Of a stretch of DNA of 64,000 bases, positions 13,501 through 26,637 are shown one piece after another. Position numbers and translations under genes: made by a program. Under the pieces are notes generated by a model. That model was not told the origin of the DNA and did not search any database. It saw nothing but the letters and a program-made list of their open reading frames with translations. Numbering within the stretch: position 1 is the stretch's first letter; each line of letters starts with the position of its first letter. The DNA lies in assembly GCA_016748015.1 (NCBI GenBank), contig JAAOMT010000514.1, positions 51,866 to 115,865 on the forward strand, written 5' to 3'. Source of the stretch: Geosiphon pyriformis uo1 (Eukaryota > Fungi > Glomeromycota).

Positions 13501-14940
13501 GGCATGTATAACTGCATTTTAAAGTGTTTAAGAATGTAATAGGCATATATGTTATAAAATACTACTGTACAGATCATGAATAAATTGGTTCAAAATTTGT
13601 GGTACAATAAAGTAATTTGTGTTAATAGTTTGATTTGTTATAGATTTTAATGAAAGCATTCCAAATAAGTAGTGATAGTTTTAATATTTTTTTGTTTGAT
13701 GATTGTAAAAATATTTGCTAGACAATTAATACTGTTATTATTACTAAAATATCTTAGAAATTTAAGTTTGAATACATTAAAGTTTTAGGATTTTTGGATT
13801 AAGCTTAAATATTATAAGTTGGCAGTATCTTGAAAAAAGTATGGGTTTGTCTATAATACTCATGTGTTATTTCATCTATTGGCTGTAATGGCTTTTTCCA
13901 TATTATTGAACCAAACTTGTGCATTATCCTCTTTGTTAATGAATTTTTTGAGTTTTGCAATTGGTATATATGCCATTAGTACAAATAGCTATGGTAGTTG
14001 TAGTTGTTTTTGTTGAAGTTGTTGTTGAAGTGGTAGTTGTGGCTGTTGTTGCAATTCAACAATTAGTATAATTGGTAATAGACTGATCATAATTATTGAA
14101 AATAAGTTTTAAGGAACAATAAGAGCAGAGTTTAGATTGTTCTGGTTTTGTTGGGTCTAAATAATTGGAGTTTGTATTTTTGGGTTTTCTGGAATCAGGT
14201 TTTGGTAATTAAATTTTTGATCTTTGTTTTTCTTTTCTTTGAGATTGGTTTTTTCCCAAAAACTAATGGCTCCAAAATCAGATTAAAGTAACAGTAATCA
14301 AAATTTTAATGGTGTTGATGATTGCAATTTAAATTTTTTAAAGAAATTGCTATAAGTTTCTAATAAATTGGGTTTTTTTTGTATGCTTTGAAATATTATT
14401 TTTGCTGATAGTGGTTTCATAATTAATGTAAATAGACTTGTCGATGTTATATTAATGATATTTCCTAGTGTATACTAATATGACAGATAAATAAATAAAA
14501 CTACTCTTGGTTTCTTTTACATAAGTGGTTGTATTCTTTTTAGTATTTCTGCTAATGTTTGTAATTTTTTTTTTCATTGTTTGCAAAGATAATAAAAAAT
14601 TTCTGTCTAGTATGCTTCTCAATTTCTCTGTTGATTTCTGTAATTATTGAAGTAAACAAATAATTTTGTGGCAGCATAATACTCTAAAGTAATTCACTAT
14701 AGAAATTAATAAGTACTGCTTTTAGATTTTTTTGGTCTCCTAAGTAAGATTTAATTTTTTTATTGACATAGAAATTGAAAGTTAATTTTGCTGGCCAATA
14801 GTTACTTGTTAATTTTAAGTAAGTTTAATAATGTTGAAATAGAGCTCTCACAAATTCTGAGTGGTTTGTCTTTATTTTTTCTGATTCTGTCACTGTTCTT
14901 AATAATTATTATTGGTGCTAATTCTCTGCTAGATTATACC
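7580..14940 (-). pseudogene. gag-pol of element E (Gag, PR, Cys-rich domain, dUTPase, RT, RNase H, IN)
   Basis: ORF fragments 7979-8245 and 8593-8787 (IN), 9484-9735 (RT), 11100-11432 (dUTPase start); MAYIPIAKL capsid start at ~13976. Confidence 0.85.
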
Positions 14941-14945
14941 TTACA

Positions 14946-14955
14946 GAGAGCACCA
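14946..14955 (-). promoter_or_regulatory. Primer-binding site of E (TGGTGCTCTC)
   Basis: Plus strand gagagcacca, 2 nt from the LTR end; complementary to a tRNA 3' end ...GAGCACCA. Confidence 0.8.
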
Positions 14956-14957
14956 AA

Positions 14958-15869
14958 TATTACAGGTAATAATTTGAAATATTAGTACAAATAACAAATC
15001 CATAACTTGGTACTTTATAGCTAAATAGTATTGGTAATATTTGAAGATTTTCATAATCTGAAGGTTTTGGTTAAGTTTTTTGTATAATAAACAAAGATTT
15101 AATAATTGTTTCAGTAGTCTTTCAAAATTATTATTCTATTGAATTTTTTTCTTTACCATGGTGGGCAGTTTATTTTGGCAGTTGTGTTTTTTTGGTAAGC
15201 TTTTCTTAATTTTTGAGTTTTATATTTTATTTTTGGGTCTTTTACCAAACTATTTTTGACATCAATAACTCAGTGTTTTAATTTTTCTAATCAATTAGTC
15301 AACAACACAACAAAAGAAATAAAAAAAAAACAAAATAGCATAAAATAAAATAAAAATAAGAAATTAATATCTTGTTAATAGTCATAATCAAAAGCTATTG
15401 TTTTAATATAGTTAAGTATTAAATCTTATCAACATAAAGTATTAATAAAATGAAAATAATTAATATTTTTTAATTAAACAATAATAATATAGATTCAAGT
15501 AATAATTAATATTTATTAATATGTGATTTAATTCTATTTTAAGTTGTAAAAAACTATCTTTTAAAGAAAGGGATATAAGATAATTAATTGATTATGGATA
15601 TTAGTTCTAAACTGGATTTTATTTTTTCTGTTTCTAATATTCTTAATATATATATAATTGATTTTTTTTAAGATTTCACACATTTATAAGCAATATGTTA
15701 TAATTTTTCAAGCAATATGTCATAATTCTCTGATAATGCTTCATATTGTTAAGCAATGTACACTAATTTACTGATAATATGCTCATGTGTTAACTACTAT
15801 TCTTTTATTGGTCTATTTTTTTTATTCATTTTTTTATTATTTTTTTTGTGTTTTTTTCTATAAATAACA
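14958..15869 (-). repeat. 5' LTR of element E
   Basis: Direct repeat of 5900-6865; ends ...TAACA at 15869. Confidence 0.85.
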
Positions 15870-18800
15870 CTGAGAAAATTATGTGACAAACTGGTTTTAA
15901 CTTTAAGACTTTTTTTGAATATTACATTTTACTTATAATATATATTTAATAAAACAAAACTAAACTGTAATTGGTAGTTAACTATAGGTTACAAAACAAC
16001 TAAAACTAAATAAGAAAATTGTTTATCTGTAATTGTTTTTTTCAATACCATATTAAAAAAAACATAATGTTGACATAAATTTAAATTAAACTAAACTTAA
16101 AAAAACTCTTAGTTAACAAAAAAATTTCTAAATACCTATGTAATTCACTTTTTTTAACAATTAAAATTGGCAAACTACTGATCATTAATAAAGTAATCTT
16201 AATATTTTAATTGATAAGAATAGCTATTGTCTTTTCATTATTAATTAAGATAATCTTAATTCTGCCAGTTTTAGTTACAAACTTTATGTTAATTCAGTAT
16301 TTACACAAATGCTTAAGTTTCTTGACTTTATACAAAAGTAGATCATAGAAAATTTTTCAAGAAAAAAAAGAGAAAACTTCACTCTAATCTAACTTATTAT
16401 GTACTTTGTAACTATTTGAAAATTTAAAATTAGTTATCATTTTATTAATCCAATCTTTATATATATTAACAAAAAACTCAATAAATTAACTGTACATTTT
16501 AATGTACTGTAAGCTAGTTCTTAAATAATATCAACTTACTAAATTATAAGCTTTGTACATATCTTGTAAAACCAATCAAAGTTTTCTATTCTTTTTTAGT
16601 ATATCTTTGACAACTAATTTAATAGCAAAAATAAGAGACTGAATTAAAGTATTCTTTAATACTAAAAAGTTATTGCCATAAAGAACATCAAATTTGCTAT
16701 ATATTAAAAATATTCAATCAAAAAAAATCTTTAACAGAATTTTTTTAACAGTTTTGATTAGTGTAATAGATTAAATATTTGTTAAAATGCCATTTTATTC
16801 ATAAGATTTAAGGATCATTGAAACTTATGTTTTTTTTTCAAGAAACTGGAATTATATTTAAAGTTAAACACAAGTTTAACAACTTTAAAAGACATTTTAA
16901 CATCTTATCACTACAATGTTTTTTATAGTTTATTTAGAAATTCTAACAACTCAATAGCCTTGCCATCTTGTAAATTATCAATTATCAAAACTAGTTTTTC
17001 TATATCAATCTTTTTTATTACATCAAAAAAGACATTATAATCAATATAATTTAAAAATATATATTGATAAAACCAAAGTTCAGGTATTTTTAGAGATACT
17101 AACTATTTTTTTATCAATTTTAAGCTTTATTTTATCAAGCTTCATAACTAATACATCCTTAACTACCAGATAATCCAAAACAACTTTGTAAAAAAACTGT
17201 TTCAGAATACTTTTTATTATCTGTTCCTTATCAAAACAAAAATTTTCTATATGTTATTTAATTGATTTCCAAATAGCTATGTTTTTAGATGTTTTTAATT
17301 AATAATACTTGAATTTCTGATACTTTTTTTTAATTATTAACAAATGTTTAATAATATCTGTTAATTTTATATTATTTAGAATTATATTGACAATCTTAGA
17401 TGCTTTAATACTATTAATAATTGTTAAACTTTGACAAAACAATCAAATTCTAACAGATTTCTAAAATTTTATTTTTTTACAATCTTAGCAATAAACAGTT
17501 ATAATTTGAAAAATTTTGATAATTGTTTGTTTTTTGAACAATTATATTTATTATATTAATATTTAAAAAACATCACATTGGCAAATTGTACTATAGTTTT
17601 TTTTAATATTTTTTATATTGTATTTAAATTACCACAAAACTCTGCTTTTTTGAACACATTTAATATCACCAGCAATTTATTAGAAAAGTACTCTTTAAAT
17701 TATATCTATTTGGCTTTACTTGTATTTTTTATCTTAAATTTCTATCAATTCTTATTAATTTGCTTATAAATGCTCTTAAAATAAATATTCAGAAACTATT
17801 TAAACCAATTGAAACTAAAACTGTCTTGTAATCTATATTAAAAAATTTTGACACAATATTAATTTTATGGCTTGTGACAGTAGATACTAGGTTTTTATTT
17901 ACAAACACAAAATTTAACATTTTTTCAACACCTCTAAAATTGCTTTAAATAGAAGCTTTGGCTAATAAATGTTTATTAAATATATTAACTAAACTCAAAT
18001 TTAAACAAAACTTGAAACTTGCATTCTTTTTTGATTTATTTTCATTGAAATCTCTACTCAAAACCACAAAAATGCTGGAATTAACTGCTATAACAAAAAA
18101 ATTAATTCTTAATGTTTGTTTGAATCTAATTTTAAAAAAAGCACTAGCATACAACTCCAAAATTGAAAGTTTATTTTTAAACAAAAAACAAATTAAAACA
18201 ATTCTGTCTGAAATTTTGTTAACTTTCAAAACATGCCAAGTTAAAAAATTGTTTATAATTATAACTACCTTAGTGCCAAAAAAACTTTTATTCAAATCAA
18301 ATATAAAGATCTGTACTTTTTTAAACTTATTTATTATTCAAGACTTAATATTAGACATTAATTTAGTTTCTGTAATAATAAAAATTATATTATTTAAATT
18401 AATATGCTACTAAATATTTGTCTGTTTAGCAAAAACATTAATATCTTTAATATTATACATAGCAATCTTCTATATAAAATCAGTTATTAAGAAGAAAAAA
18501 TACTTAAACCAAGACCAATATTGTTTACTTTAGTTATAAAATCTAAAACTGTATTTAAAAAACTCTGCAAACTGTTTTCTAACTTAAAAATCATTGACAA
18601 ATTCAAAAATGCTGCTTCTATAACAGTTTTATTATTAGTGACTATATTTAAACTTTTATTTATCATTATATCTACTTCTTAATTTGTAATAAAAAAGTTA
18701 TCAACAGTTGACATCCAAAGCTAAACTAAAAAACCATTGGTCTAAGTATATCTAATTTCTTAGTCAGCTTTTTAACTTACTTTATAAGATTAGCAAGATT

Positions 18801-19612
18801 GTACTTAAGAGCAACAAATCTATTATTTATTTTTACAGATACTAATAGAAAAAGTTTAATATTTGAAGACAAATTAATACCAAAAAAAACCAGAAAAACC
18901 ACATAAAAAAAAATTATTAGCAATTTAAATCCAAGTTTTCTTATTAAAAAAAACTAAGTAAGCAATTGATATTTGCTTTTTCTTATATATATTTACTAAA
19001 TAAATTTGATCTTAAAAATTAGCCATCTTCTTATTGTAACTATTTAAATTTTTATTCACTAAACATGTATTAAAAACATGATTGAATTGTTTATATTGAA
19101 CACAACAAGCCAAAGAAAGACTAACCTAATGTAAATTTACATTTTTAAAAACTAGAATAGAACTAATAACAGTTTTTTTGAATGTTTTATCAGTAAAACT
19201 AATTATAACACATCTGTTATATACATATAAACCTGGATTACAACTAATAAAACAAGTTTTTTTATCATATAAAACTAATAAATCAAAGAGATTATAAGCA
19301 ATAATGTTAATTAGCAAAGTATACAGTAAAATCCAATACTAATTTCTAAATACTTATGTTTTTTTATTATCAACAGTTTTTGTAATATAAACAGAATTCT
19401 TTCTTATAAGAACAAATTACTTGGCTGTAACCAAATTAGTAATTTTAGTCAATTCAAACTTCACTAGAACTTGTTGCTAAAAACCAATTAGCTGTATTTT
19501 AATAAACATAATTATAACAAATTTAGAAAAAAACTGATTTTACAATTGATCTTAAAAGATTGACAAAAATTTTCTTGATTATTATTTTTCAATCTGTATA
19601 TTTGTTTGTTAT
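15870..19612 (-). mobile_element. Degenerate non-LTR (LINE) retrotransposon H: partial ORF1, APE and RT
   Basis: At ~18475, I*KIAMYNIKDINV corresponds to the APE start WKIATCNVRGMN. ORF 17945-18295 is APE-like. Colinear with LINE G. Cut on the left by E and on the right by D. Confidence 0.8.
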
Positions 19613-20525
19613 TATTATATGTGATTATTTGAAATATTAGAACAAATAACAAACCCATAACTTGGTGCTCAATAATTGAAAATGTTGATAATTTCTGAAA
19701 ATTTTGGAGTCTAAAAGTTTTGATTGAGTTTTTTGTAAAATGAACAGAAATTCAATTGATAGTTTTTTCTGTAAATTTTTTTTTTTAGCATAGTAGCCAG
19801 TTTATTCTGGCAGTTATGTTTTTCTAGTAAGCTATCTTTAAATTTCTATTCTTGTTTCTGGGTTTTTTATTAGGCTATCTTTAATGTCAAATACTTAGCA
19901 CTTAATTTTTTTATCAATTAGTAAGCAACAAAAAAATAAAATAAAAAAAATAAAAAAAAATAAAAAAATGAAAATAAAAAATTAGTATCTTGTCAATAGT
20001 CATGATTAAGAATTATTGGTTTAATGTAATTAAGTATTGAAGTTTATTAACATAAGTTATTAATAGTAAAAAAATGATTAATATTTTTTAATCAAATAAT
20101 AATAACTTAGATTTGGATGATAATTAGATAATTTTATTAATATTGATGTAATTTCACTTTAATTTATAGAAAATTATCTTTTGAAAAGAGAGATATAGAA
20201 TAATTTATTATTTTTGACTTGAATACTATCAAATATTTTTTCTGTTTTTAATATTCTTGCTATATATACATAATTTATATTATATAAAATTCTTTAAAAT
20301 TTTTCAATTTTTTTGAAAAAAATTCTGAAATTCTGGGATTTTGGAATTCTACAATTTCTCAAAAAAAATTCTAAAATTTTGGGATCCTGCAATTTCTCAA
20401 AAAAAATCTTAGAATTCTGAAATCCTGTAATTTTTTAAAAGAAATCCTGAAATTTTTTTTACTAGGCCTATTTCTAATTGGCTATTTTATTTATTTATTA
20501 TAATTCCTAATTTCTATAAGTAACA
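19613..20525 (-). repeat. 3' LTR of element D
   Basis: Aligns to E LTRs over R/U5; ends TAACA at 20525, followed by a decayed PPT. Confidence 0.8.
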
Positions 20526-23500
20526 TTATTTCACTTTTTTAATATTAAGTTCTATCAAAATCTTCTAAATCTCTCTTTTGGATTAGCTTTATAACTTTTT
20601 TCTATAAAATTGCATTTGTAATTTTTGTTTACAATTCATCAAATTGAACATTGGTTAATTTTTCCAGTTAATTAATTGTTATTATATTTATTGCTAAGTG
20701 TAATAATATTTCTGGTTGGTCTTAAAATTTTATTTGTGATTTGTAGATAGCTTTTGCACATGTAAATAAATTGCTTTTTCTTATAACTTGTTTAATTTAT
20801 TGTAGTATTGTTATATTAAACATTTTTTTGGTTTTATCTGTATATAAGTTCTAAATATTTAGTTTTTGTTCTAACTAATAGTAACAAAAGTTCTTAAAAA
20901 TTTGTTGTATATATTGGTTTTAATTTTTTAATATTACTTTTTTATTGAATATTACTTTTTATAAAATTTTCAATGTTTTTCCACTTTTCTTATTATTTTG
21001 TCTACCGAATTTTTAGAAATATAATATTTGAAATATTGTTTTTTTCTTTGGAATTTTTGAATTATTTTTTTGTCTTTATATTAAATTGTTTATTTGTTAA
21101 TAATAACTTCTAAACTTGATTTCTGATGTTGAATAAGTTATAAAAGCTGTTGTACAAATGAGTAAATATCAGTAATTTTTATTTTTATTATTACTTTCAT
21201 TACATATATTGGTTTTTTACATACTGTTCTGATTAATTAATTTAATATGTTTATTTTAATAATTATAATTGGTTCCAGATTCTGTGGAATTTAATCTGAT
21301 TTAATTAGTATTTGTTATACTTCCAATTGTGGAATATTACTAATAGAAAATAATATTATATTATAATATAGTTTTAATTAATTATTATATGTTGTTTTGG
21401 CTAAGATTTTGTTGTCTTATCTTAATTTGTATGTTTTATTTCCTAGAATTTTTTCAATTTAAAATGGTTCATCTCATTTAAGATCAAATTTTTTACTTTA
21501 TTGTTTTTCTGCTTTGGTACAATATAAAAATATTTTGTCTTTGATCTTAAATTCAACTAATTTATTCAGTAATTGGTTATTATATTATTTTTTTTGTTTT
21601 GTTTGTAACTTTTATATATTATCAGCTGCTTTTTGCCTTTTGTTTTCTAAAGTTTTTATTAAGTTATATGTTCTTTGAAAGTTGGCTTCTGTTATTAGTT
21701 TAATTGGATATATATTAATATCTATCTTAATTGATAATATTGCTGTTTTATTATAGCTTAATTTAAATGATATTACTTATATGATATCTTGCTTCATTAT
21801 TTGATAAACAAATAATATTGATGGTATAAACAAATCTATTTATCTTGGTTTTTTTGGCTAATTTTGGCTGATTTTGGCTATTGCTTTACACAATGTTTTG
21901 TTGAATCTTTTAACTAAATTATTTGTTTATAAATAATATAGTGATAATAATGGTTTTTTAATTCCAAATTTCTGACTTAATTTTGTTAATATTTTGTTTA
22001 CAAAGTGAGTTTTCTGGTCTAATAATAATTTTTTTAAACATTTATGTTGACAAATCAAATTTTGGTGTATGAATTTGGTTATAAATACTGTATTTGCTCT
22101 TTGAATTACTTTTATTTTTGACTATTTTGTAAGATAATCTATGATTACTGCTATGTATCAATTGCTTTTACTAAGTATTATTAATGGTCTGACTAAGTCA
22201 ATTCTAATTTGATTAAATGGTTGTTTTACTTTAATTGGTTTTAGTGTTCACTGAGTTTTGTTCATTTTTTTTTCTAATAAACATCACAATTTTAAACATA
22301 TTAAATAATATTTAAATATATTAATGACCAATAATATCTTTTTCTGATCTATTCTATAATTGTTTTTTATAAAAATATCCTGCAGTTGAATTTGAGTACA
22401 TGTTAAACAATACTGTTTCTTTTTTGGTTCTGTAATTACTCTGATTGGTTGATCTGAATCTTTTTTATTTTTCTGATAAAGTATATTTTGGTAAGTGATA
22501 AAATATTTAAATTGTTGTTTTATGTAATTTTGTTTTTTTGAGATAATTTTTTCTTAAACTATTGAGTATTAATATAATATTGAAGTTGTTAGTATTTTTG
22601 TGTGTTTATTTTTTGTTATATTTTTGAATTAAAATGTTTTTAAATTTATTTTATTTATAACAAATCATTAGTATTTCTATTTTTTTTTTTTATAATATAT
22701 AATATAATTAAATAGTAATAGTTCTATTTTTTATTTTGTATAACAATTGTATCTAAATTTTTATTTTTAAATTAATTTTAATTTTTTGTGATTAATATAC
22801 ATATTAAACTTTTAATTTAAGTATTTTTTCTTTTTAATAATAGCATAATAAATAGCTAAATATTCTAATGCTAAAGTTTCATAATTTTTTTCAGTTGAAC
22901 TCAAACTTTAACTGGCATAGTCATTAAATGCTCTTGTTTATTAGCTTCTTTTTGCAACAATACAGCTTTCAATGCTTAACCAAATATATTAATAGTAATA
23001 ATAAATAGTTTGTTATGATTTAAATAGAATAATATTAGAGCTTAAATAAGCTTTTGCCTTAAAATATCAAAGGCTTTTTGTTGTATTTTAGTCTATTTAT
23101 ATTTAATATTTTTTACTTGGAGCTAGTAGAGTAATTGAGCCAGTTTGGAAAAATTTTGGATAAAGCAGCAGTAGTATTTAGCAAATTCTAAGAATGTTCT
23201 TAACTTTGTTAAGTTTGTTAATACTAGAAAGTTTTTAACTATTTTGATTTTGTTTGGGTCTGTTTTGATGTCATTTTTGCTTATAATATGTTCCAAAAAC
23301 TTGAGCTCAGTTTTTCCAAAAAAATACTTGGTTACATTTAACTTTAGTTCTGCTTTTTTTAATTTTTCGAACACTTGCTAAAGATAATAGAGATAATTAT
23401 TGAATGTTTCTGAAAACACATTGGTATTATCTAAGTAAACTACTACTAATTTCTATAGTAGTCTAATATAAACAATTTTTATTAGCTATTAGAAGATAAC

Positions 23501-23613
23501 TGAAGCATTGATTAAGCCAAAAAGCATAATATCTAATTTAAAATTCTTTTTTTTAGTTGTAAATATAATCTTCTCTTTGTCAGTTAAATTCATAGCTACT
23601 TGTTAGTTGCTAC
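19613..23613 (-). mobile_element. Ty3/Gypsy element D, 5'-truncated (3' LTR, ORF3, IN, RNase H, part of RT)
   Basis: LTR 19613-20525 related to E's LTRs; ORF 23123-23374 is RT (KTELKFLEHII); sequence stops in the SGYWQVAM motif at ~23610. Confidence 0.85.
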
Positions 23614-24816
23614 AGGCTCAAAGCTGCTCTTAGACTTTATGACCTATTCTACACCTGTGAAAACATACTACAAAACCCAATTTTTCAACCTTTGAAGATT
23701 CAATACATTGGAAAGCTCACAGAACTGAAATTTCAACAATTTTCAGACCAAATTTCTTCAATAATTTTGGATTATTATCTGGAAATGACAAACAGTACTT
23801 GGACTTCAATGGAGCTCAGTCTTGAGGAGGAGGTTATGTTACTAGACGAAATTAAAGATATTATTTAACATGAAATTATCTTTATAATTCCTATCATTAA
23901 TTAACATATATTATCATTTCAAATTATTACTTAGTATATTAGCAAAATATCCAAAATTATCATTTAATTAATAACCCAATTGGCACATAACACAAATGTA
24001 ACCTAATTGTGATGATCAATCATGCAATACCCCGAACTATATAACATTCAAAAAGTTTGCCGAAATTTGTAGAAATTCACCGAAATAATTGATAGTTCAC
24101 CAAAATATCCAATAGTTTGCAGAAATAACCTGTAGTTCACCGAAATGTATCTTCAGTTCAGTGAAATTGTAGAAAAAGAGCAAAGTTCAAGTTCATAGAA
24201 TAGTGTTACAACAAGTTGTATAAAAAAAGAGCTTTTTTCTTCAAGAAAATATATTTTACTTTAGATTTAACAATTAGAATTATCTTTTACACACAAAAAC
24301 GAAATAAATATCAAATAATTCGAAAAATCAAATCCTGAATTATTTCACTTTTGAAATTAACTAATTCCTACTAAACAGTTTGAAATTGATTAGCTACCAA
24401 TTTCAGTAAACTTTTAGTGACTCCAGGCCTGAATAGAAAATGTTTCTCTTGACAAAATTCTATTTCTTTTACATTTCTTTTATTTTTTTTTTCTTTTCTT
24501 ATTACAATCATTAGGGTAGCCTACAGACAAGATTCCTGAAGAAAAGTTGACTTTCACAGCAAAGTAACTATACATTTTAGTGAGCTTCCAGACAAGCAAT
24601 TTCTGAGAAAGAGTTGACATTTACTACAACGTAACTACATAAAATAACTGGCACGGAATTGGCCATTCTACTTATAAGCCCAGCAGCTCAAATTATAGGA
24701 GATAATTTGAAGATAAATTCAGTTATCAAAGGTTCAAACACTTCCCATAATCATAAATTAACAGCATTACAACAAACATACAAGAGCTAAGAAGAGACCA
24801 AAAACCTCTGGTAACA
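23610..24816 (+). mobile_element. Ty3/Gypsy element C remnant (ORF3 C-terminus, PPT, 3' LTR), A/F family
   Basis: YRLKAALRLYDLFYTCENILQNP...; PPT gaggaggagg at 23824-23833; LTR TGTTAC(23837)...GGTAACA(24816) homologous to A/F LTRs; inserted into B's 3' LTR. Confidence 0.9.
23837..24816 (+). repeat. 3' LTR of element C
   Basis: TG...CA termini with inverted repeat tgttac/gtaaca; similar to 50691-51679. Confidence 0.9.
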
Positions 24817-25803
24817 GCATCCATGTGACTAGTTTCAGCATTATCAGTCTCGTTATTATCAGTCTCTAAAAGTCTATTCCAGCATGTGAATTTACCTATT
24901 GAGTTTTTTGGTTATAAGGCACAGAGTGTTATAGTATTGTCAAATGCAATGTTTTTAAAGGTGAACTTTCTTCTTCAAGCTAATGAGTGCAGTCATTAGG
25001 GTCTGGCATTGTCTTTTTGTCTTTCTGATAAGCTAACAAGATAAAGTTAATATCCAAAACCTAGAGGAAACTTCCTTTTTTTACCAGGCTATCACAAAGT
25101 CTATTCCCAGACAATTAATTTTACTATGTTGCCATTCTACAAAAAAAAAATAAAAAAAAATAAAAATACAGAAAAGAAAAATAAAAATAAAGAAAAGAAA
25201 ATAAGATTAGTATTGTCAATTGTTGTGATCAAGAGCAATTGGTCCAAGTCATTAATGGATCAAGGTGGTTATGCTAAGAGCATTTGGTCCAGGATGAAAG
25301 TATGTGACAATAATTAGTACTATTGGCAGTAAGTAAGTTTAAAGACCATGTGTTTTGGGATTTGAATTGTTAAATTATAGATTTTATTTCGACTGGTAAA
25401 AGTGGATAGTAAATGAGATAAAAAGGTAAGATGATTAATTTTTGTCTAGCTGTCTGTTCTTTTCTAACTTCTATGACTACTTGTTTTTATATATTTTTTT
25501 GGTTTTATAGGACTGCTTTCAATTGTTATATTATTACTAGTTATTGCTTTATTATTTCTGTTATTACTTTATTATTCTACATTATTGCTAGTTATCTTAT
25601 GTTATAACACGTTATCTGGTGTTATTACATGCTATTCTGTGTTATTCTATGTTATAATGCATTATTCTATGCTATTCTGTGTTATCCTATGTTATAATGT
25701 GTTATTCTATGTTATTGCACATTATTCTGTGTTATGTTATATTTGTTCACATTTTGGTTATGTTTTTCTCATAATTTGGATCGGTTTTTTTACTTGGGTA
25801 ACA
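24817..25803 (-). repeat. 3' LTR of element B (truncated by C)
   Basis: Direct repeat of 42973-43959; ends GTAACA at 25803. Confidence 0.9.
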
Positions 25804-25817
25804 TTATCCCTCTCTTT

Positions 25818-26590
25818 TAAAATTGAGCTCCTGTAAAACCATAAGTATCTGTTGTCATGGCTTTGTTCATGTAATGTTTGATGGTTGCCTTGAGTATTGT
25901 CTTTTGTAGGTCTTTGAACTGTTGATTGGTTATTCATCTTATGTTGTTAACCATTAAAGTTTTCATAGGTTTGTTTAGTAGTACATTTGGACAATGTTAG
26001 AAGATGGCATATAGTCAGTATGTTGCTTTGTAATATAAGATTAGGTTGTTTTTTTCTACATATTTTTTTACTTGTTGCATTGCTTCTTTGTTGAATATTT
26101 TCTGGCTAAGGTCTTCATATGGTGTTTTTAAGTCAAGCTGCTCTTTAATTTTGTAGAACCAATAGGCTGGTAGAAGTCTTTTTCTCCATTCTTGGGTATT
26201 GTCTAGTGTTTATTCCTCTGTTTTGGGAAGTTTAATCTCACAAAATAAAGATTCTTTAATTTTTTCTATCTGAGAGACCAAGTATCTTCTTTTGTAATTT
26301 TTTTCTCGTTCTTTTACTCTTTTTTCTCCACCTTCTGCCCAAAGGCAATTTTTCTTCCAACATTGCCTTTTGGGTGGTGGGTAGGGGAGGAAATGTTTAA
26401 TTCTAATTGAACTCTTGTCCTCCTCTCTTCTGCTTTTATGTTTGTACTGTATCTCTTTTTTGTCAATTGTTATTTTTATTTGAGCAGAAGATTGTTGAAT
26501 TACATCAAACAGTTGTTTCAAGAGTTGTAGAATTTGATCTGAAAGGTTTATGTTGAAAATTTTGTCAACTTATTTCTGTTGTTTCAGTGG
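25818..26590 (-). pseudogene. ORF3 (unknown accessory protein) of element B
   Basis: ORF 26210-26521 continues through stops to LYAIF*HCPNVLLNKPMKTLMVNNI..ITNQQFKDL...GFTGAQF*, homologous to ORF3 of A/F. Confidence 0.7.
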
Positions 26591-26637
26591 TTATATATAT
26601 ATTTAATTTTTCCAATTAAATAGTTGTGTATTATTTT

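Larger units (their letters stand above)
5900..15869 (-). mobile_element. Ty3/Gypsy LTR retrotransposon E (old, heavily mutated, dUTPase-bearing)
   Basis: Two related LTRs (5900-6865, 14958-15869), PBS at 14946-14955, PPT at ~6866-6882. Minus-strand relics of gag, PR, Cys-rich domain, dUTPase (TEFDLRY, KIAQTIF), RT (KLKFLGHII), RNase H, integrase and ORF3 in Gypsy order. Confidence 0.9.

Noticed and set aside
25585-25836. Hydrophobic, TM-like ORFs (also 43720-43995) as a possible env or membrane protein
   Set aside because: They are antisense translations of the 20-bp U3 tandem repeats in B's LTRs
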